Part shown: positions 62,787 to 64,000 of the stretch, piece after piece | Numbering within the stretch: the stretch's first letter is position 1 | Layout of the letters: each line of letters opens with the position of its first letter | IMG/VR virus record: IMGVR_UViG_3300021399_000113 | Coordinates: 32,001 to 96,000 of that record | Strand: one strand, 5' to 3' | DNA from: a virus | Lineage: Duplodnaviria; Caudoviricetes | DNA length: 64,000 nucleotides | The notes under the pieces: generated by a model | What the model saw: only the letters and a program-made list of their open reading frames with translations | Told to the model about the DNA's origin: nothing | Databases searched by the model: none | Position numbers and translations under genes: made by a program

Positions 62787-63495
62787 TTTAAAAGTTTATG
62801 ACATGGAAGAGTGTATCTCAGCAAGTGGCTATCCTATGAGGACAAAGGCTGAGATACTTCCCCTTAATGAGAAAGACATTTTAAGAGTTAAGAACCTCAC
62901 AAAGGCAAGCAATGGCAATGGTGCACATGGACAGTTTCTTTCTGGAATATTAGTCGCTTTTGACCTTAAGTGTTCTAATAAGATGTGGGTTGAGATGGAA
63001 CGATATAAATTTGTGGTGTTTGATTCTTCTCAGTCTACAATGCACCGTATTTGTAAGTTCGACCTCAAATCGCAGTGTGTTGAAGAAGTGGATGATAGAA
63101 TCATTGATATAGTTAATGAGAAGATTGAGGCTTATAATCGAGATAATTCAATTGAGAATTACAGAAGAGTGCTTTATAATGTACCCGCAGGATTTCAATT
63201 AACTGCCAGACTGAATACAAATTATCGTGCTCTATTAAATATCTACGTTCAAAGATACAATCACAGATTGCAAGAGTGGCAAGATTTTTGTCAGTATATG
63301 TTAGACAATCTCCCGATGTTCAAAGAGTTAGTTGAGCAGTATTACAGTCACGACAAAGAAGTAATCGCTAAATACTTACAATATTGTGCTGAGTTGACAG
63401 ATGATATAGACATATTCGATACGCATACACTTGATGATTATTACTACACGCACATTCTACCACAGCCACTATCGGATATAATAACAATAAAATAA
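62773..63495 (+). CDS. divergent ThyX-like flavoprotein
   Basis: H.QFL.GI.V, W.E.ERY, SSQSTMH, P.GF, NYRAL.NIY.QR.NHRL.EW. Confidence 0.55.
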   Translation: MEISNLKVYDMEECISASGYPMRTKAEILPLNEKDILRVKNLTKASNGNGAHGQFLSGILVAFDLKCSNKMWVEMERYKFVVFDSSQSTMHRICKFDLKSQCVEEVDDRIIDIVNEKIEAYNRDNSIENYRRVLYNVPAGFQLTARLNTNYRALLNIYVQRYNHRLQEWQDFCQYMLDNLPMFKELVEQYYSHDKEVIAKYLQYCAELTDDIDIFDTHTLDDYYYTHILPQPLSDIITIK

Positions 63496-63557
63496 AGTAT
63501 TGACATATTCACCTTCAAGGAGTATAATAGTATTATAATCTTTGGAGGTGATTTTTT

Positions 63558-64000
63558 ATGATAACAGTTTCAAGACTTACTGAAATGCTTTCTGAGGAAA
63601 TCGTAAAGGCGAAGGTAAATGGGCTGGATTTAATTCCCATTCACCCCACAGTCAAACTCAAGAACAGTAAAACGTATTATGGGTTAAATTGCAAGAGCAG
63701 AGGCAATAGTCAGATTTACATTTCAAAGTATTATCTGAACGCTCCAGAAGAAGAACTTCGCTCTGTAATATGTCATGAGGTTTGTCATTCAGTTAAGGGT
63801 AGCCGAGGACATGATGCGATATGGCGAAGAGCCGTTATGAAAATGCGTAGGAATTATTCTTATGCTTGTGCAGATTATCACCTTAATCCTCATCCTTATT
63901 CAACAGACAGAAGTGAATGCGAGCATACAGAAATGGCAGAAATGGCAAGTGGTACAAGACGGATTAACTACGTTATGGTCTGCACTGGTTGTGGTTGTAC
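63558..64000 (+). CDS. SprT-like zinc metalloprotease (runs off window end)
   Basis: GGAGG RBS; VICHEVCH...GHDAIW; promoter at 63500-63528. Confidence 0.75.
   Translation, partial: MITVSRLTEMLSEEIVKAKVNGLDLIPIHPTVKLKNSKTYYGLNCKSRGNSQIYISKYYLNAPEEELRSVICHEVCHSVKGSRGHDAIWRRAVMKMRRNYSYACADYHLNPHPYSTDRSECEHTEMAEMASGTRRINYVMVCTGCGC

Noticed and set aside
271-62824. Numerous minus-strand ORFs in the track
   Set aside because: Almost all are shadows of + strand genes or RNA genes, and none shows a recognisable motif; promoters and terminators point to + strand transcription.

Overview
A 64-kb segment of a large, AT-rich lytic dsDNA phage. All credible genes are on the + strand. The host is most plausibly an anaerobic Firmicute, judging from near-consensus TTGACA-N17-TATAAT promoters, GGAGG RBSs and a class III RNR. 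Layout: (i) RNA repair genes (RNA ligase, PNK, HD protein). (ii) A replication/recombination block: DnaX/HolB/HolA-like clamp loader, Thg1-like polymerase, SbcD/SbcC, SSB, degenerate peptide deformylase, DNA MTase, glutaredoxin, intron-split NrdD and NrdG. (iii) A ~10-kb RNA island (30.0-40.0 kb) with 17 CCA-less tRNAs, many tRNA-shaped non-canonical RNAs, large structured intergenic RNAs and a Ro60/TROVE-like vWA protein flanked by a hairpin family sharing a C(A/T/C)GCAA motif. (iv) CCA-adding enzyme, RlaP-like nucleotidyltransferase, DNA ligase and a second MTase. (v) A long array of small accessory ORFs. (vi) SAM-lyase-like genes, GMK, a C1 peptidase, a ThyX-like and an SprT-like gene. Most unusual signals: a DnaX intein whose endonuclease is a separate gene overprinted in the +1 frame; the Ro60-like protein with its Y-like/anticodon-decoy RNA family; an RF2-type CTT-TGA-C +1 frameshift in the Thg1-like gene; a gene split by an intron-less homing endonuclease; and three SAM-lyase-like domains with putative capsid-targeting leaders. 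All calls come from manual motif reading; no searches were run.
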